Below are positions 61,266 through 64,000 of a DNA stretch of 64,000 nt, one piece after another. The stretch is from Antedon mediterranea (Eukaryota; Animalia; Echinodermata), in NCBI RefSeq assembly GCF_964355755.1, contig NC_092674.1, positions 21,514,001-21,578,000 of the forward strand, written 5' to 3'. The notes beneath the pieces are model-generated. The model saw only the letters and a list, made by a program, of their open reading frames with translations, was not told the DNA's origin and made no database searches. The translations under genes were made by a program, and so were the position numbers. The first letter of the stretch is position 1. Every line of letters starts with the position of its first letter.

Positions 61266-62717
61266 TAAGATCATCATCATTTTCATCTTCACGAGCTTGA
61301 ATTGGTGGCCTCTCATGGTTGACACGAGTATGTGGACGGTTTTGCCGGTTGTCTCGATTCAGGTTAACGCGAATTCCAACAAAGATAATAAAGGCAATAC
61401 AAGCCAATCCGATATAAAGGCAAGTTTCATATAGTTTGGCAGACGTACTGAAATAAAAAATAGGAGTCATGGGATATCATAACTGCTTTAAAGTATTGAT
61501 ATTGAAAACACAGGTTAAAAATGTTTACAATAATATTATTAGAATATAATATCGATAATAGAGACAAAATAAAACATACAGCATTGTATGTTAATATTAA
61601 CATTACAATTTCGTCCTAATATAAATAGTATAAAAAAGTAAGATTTTATTATGACTGACAATTTATCATATTATTTCTATAAGCAACATCAACCAATGAC
61701 CGATTATACTTTGGCACCAGTAAACTATTAAAATTAACAGTTTGCGAGTTTGAAAAAATAAATCATTAAGGAGGCACGAATCAGTAACTTGTTTGCATGT
61801 TGTTTGATTTGCCTAATTTCTAACAATAATATTAACAAATTATACCAAGTCATTAGGTAGCGACTTCCATTTTTGTTCGTCTTCTCTCACATCACCCTTT
61901 GTTACTGCGTAATGGAATTTTACAATTCCATTTACGTTATGAATTGCTGATGGAGAACGCCCTTCTGTTGAAGCGTCTGAATCGCAAGCCAACTCAATGA
62001 CGTTATCAATCTTGATGACAGCGAGTAGCATACCTTTTTCAACGTGTAGTTTGTTATGAAATTGTGGTTTAATCTTAAAATCAATGGTATATATTTTTTT
62101 ACTGAACAATTTTAAAACGTCAGTCAGTTAATGACATTGACAACTGTGTTGTTATTGTCTTCCCCATTCACTAAAACGTTATATTTGGCAAACTTATTTC
62201 AATACATTCACAAATGTTGTACTGTAACGTATTTTTCAATGTTTAAAATATTCGATAAATCCTCTGTATATAAAAATAGTTAACATACGTGTTTATTATT
62301 TTTTTGTTGGCCTACTTCTGAATTTTTTCCGTACTTTACTACTTTGTCCGTCATTGTGACATCAATAAAACTGTCATCTGATAATGATATTTCACTCTGG
62401 TTATCAAAAATAAAGCAACGTCTTTCTTTTTTAATGTTATCAGCAGTATCAGTACCAGTCAAAACTACACAGTATACACCTGATAAGAGAGAGAGAATCA
62501 TAATGATGATGTTGATGAGCCTGATTAACATCATCTTCATCATCAACATTTTTTTAGGAGTAATAATTTGCCTTTGCATAATTTACAAAGACATACAATT
62601 TATAGTTGTTTTCAATATAGATAATTGTGGATGTGCCAAATACGATCCAAGAAACAGAAATATAATAGTAAAACTTACGTACTCATGTAAACAGTTTTTA
62701 TTTCACTGTACGTATTA

Positions 62718-62905
62718 AATATCCAAAGGCAAATTACTGGAAAAATGACAATGTCTATTGAAATAACTCTGAAATTTCCAATCGAGTGACCAGCTAATTA
62801 AAAATATTCCGCTGATAATTAAGCTTTAATGTTTTGATAGCCGATCTATGTGTTGTGTCATTCTCCTACAGAGGGTATATTAGTTGCTCCGGTGTAGGCC
62901 TTGTT
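62718..62905 (-). mobile_element. Degenerate fragment of the Neptune-type PLE (EN + pLTR end)
   Basis: Similar to 56620-56760 and 56100-56135. Confidence 0.7.
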
Positions 62906-62916
62906 GAACCAACAGA

Positions 62917-63060
62917 AATGTGAAAACGCCCACACATGTGAAAAAAAAAAAATGTAAAAACGCAATACTCACTAATGTGAAAACGATCACAAAATTAATG
63001 TGAAAACGCATCAGCCACAAATGAAAACAACCACAAATGTGAAAACACCCACAAATGTGG
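62917..63060. repeat. AAATGTGAAAAC-based minisatellite
   Basis: Read directly. Confidence 0.7.
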
Positions 63061-63659
63061 TTCAATAATGTGTTTACTAATATTAACAATGCTCCTGCCT
63101 CCACTTACACATGTACATGTTGATAAACTAAACTTATACCTAATATCAACCTGCCATCTAACCAATAATACGAATCACTTTGTATAGAACCTGATACATT
63201 TTTTACGCCTTATTTTAATTCATTCATTTAACAACAACCTGTCTACTTCAATCGATGCTATATTTTGGAGATCTTAACTACTAGTTATTTTCTAAAGACA
63301 ATGTACGATGCCTTTCTCTATCCTCTTTTTGACAAACCTACAGCGGAATCATGACCAAATTCTAAAGGGAACTACTACTCAAGTTCATTTTTATTGGATT
63401 TTTTTTGCTTACGACTCCAAACCTTTTCTCTCTCATCCAGACCTCAGTAAACTAAATTCAACTTTTAATTTCGAAATTCACCACGTCTTAAACTAGTTCA
63501 AAATGAACAAACTCTCATTAAATATTGATTAAAGTAACTTTATTAACCCATTTAAAGAAATCTCTATGGACATTTTTATAGACGATGTTTAATTAAGCAA
63601 GATGATCATATTCAGTTTCTTGGAGTGACTACTATTGAAAACAAATTGACCTGGAAGCG

Positions 63660-63967
63660 TCACAGTTGTCATCCCCGACACTGTACTAAAAACATACCGT
63701 ACAGTCAGGCATTACGTATCAGACGTTTTTGTTCTTCAGATTTAGATTTTCAAAATCGTACAGAAAAACTAATCGTTATCTTCGGAAAAGAAAGCAAAAG
63801 ATATTCCTAGCTGTCGTCAGACACTGAAGTGCAAACCACGTCAGCCGAATTCGACCAGAGAGCCATTGGTCACAACCTTATTATATTCGTGATATATAGT
63901 AAGATCTAATTTTAAGATTTTGTTTACTCTCACGACAGCCAATAGTTGGGCAGTCACCTTTGCGGCA
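63660..63967 (+). mobile_element. Degenerate fragment of the Neptune-type PLE
   Basis: SCHPRHCTKNIPYSQALRI. Confidence 0.8.
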
Positions 63968-64000
63968 CTTTTTTATTGGTCGCCTCTACTAACCAATTTG

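Larger units (their letters stand above)
58030..62560 (-). pseudogene. Possible type I membrane receptor pseudogene with a death-domain-like tail
   Basis: Signal-like 'IIIMILSLLSGVYC' and broken ectodomain 61846-62560; TM exon from 61447; small duplicated exons ~58750-58823 and ~59345-59414; frameshifted exon from ~58392 with 'RWRK...YEKSY..TILQSFREV'. Confidence 0.35.

Overview
AT-rich animal (invertebrate) nuclear DNA, not prokaryotic; an echinoderm/hemichordate-like source is only an inference. One apparently intact 17-exon minus-strand gene (49702->13545, about 1169 aa by my exon sum) encodes signal peptide + six-bladed YWTD propeller + beta-rich region + C-type lectin + Cys-rich module + Asp-box. 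Nearly everything else is nested, mostly decayed transposable elements: L1/Tx1, CR1/L2-group and Rex-Babar LINEs, two Gmr1-type Gypsy elements, several Penelope-like elements (PLEs) with hammerhead ribozymes, hAT, a foldback Academ, a Helitron, DINE-like elements, MITEs, and tRNA- and 5S-derived SINEs. The most unusual item is a ~360-bp element with a complete tRNA cloverleaf (anticodon ATC) in its middle. It occurs only in (TA)n tracts, is 5'-truncated like a retroelement, co-clusters with hammerhead-bearing PLE repeats and shares a 3' TGCCT-N7-9-(TA)n end with them, making it a candidate PLE-mobilised, tRNA-carrying non-autonomous element. Also notable: TA-GGCC-TA micro-insertions, a decayed virus-like ORF cluster (51.5-53.9 kb) and a possible death-domain receptor pseudogene (58-62.6 kb). 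All calls come from reading the sequence by eye; no database searches were run.
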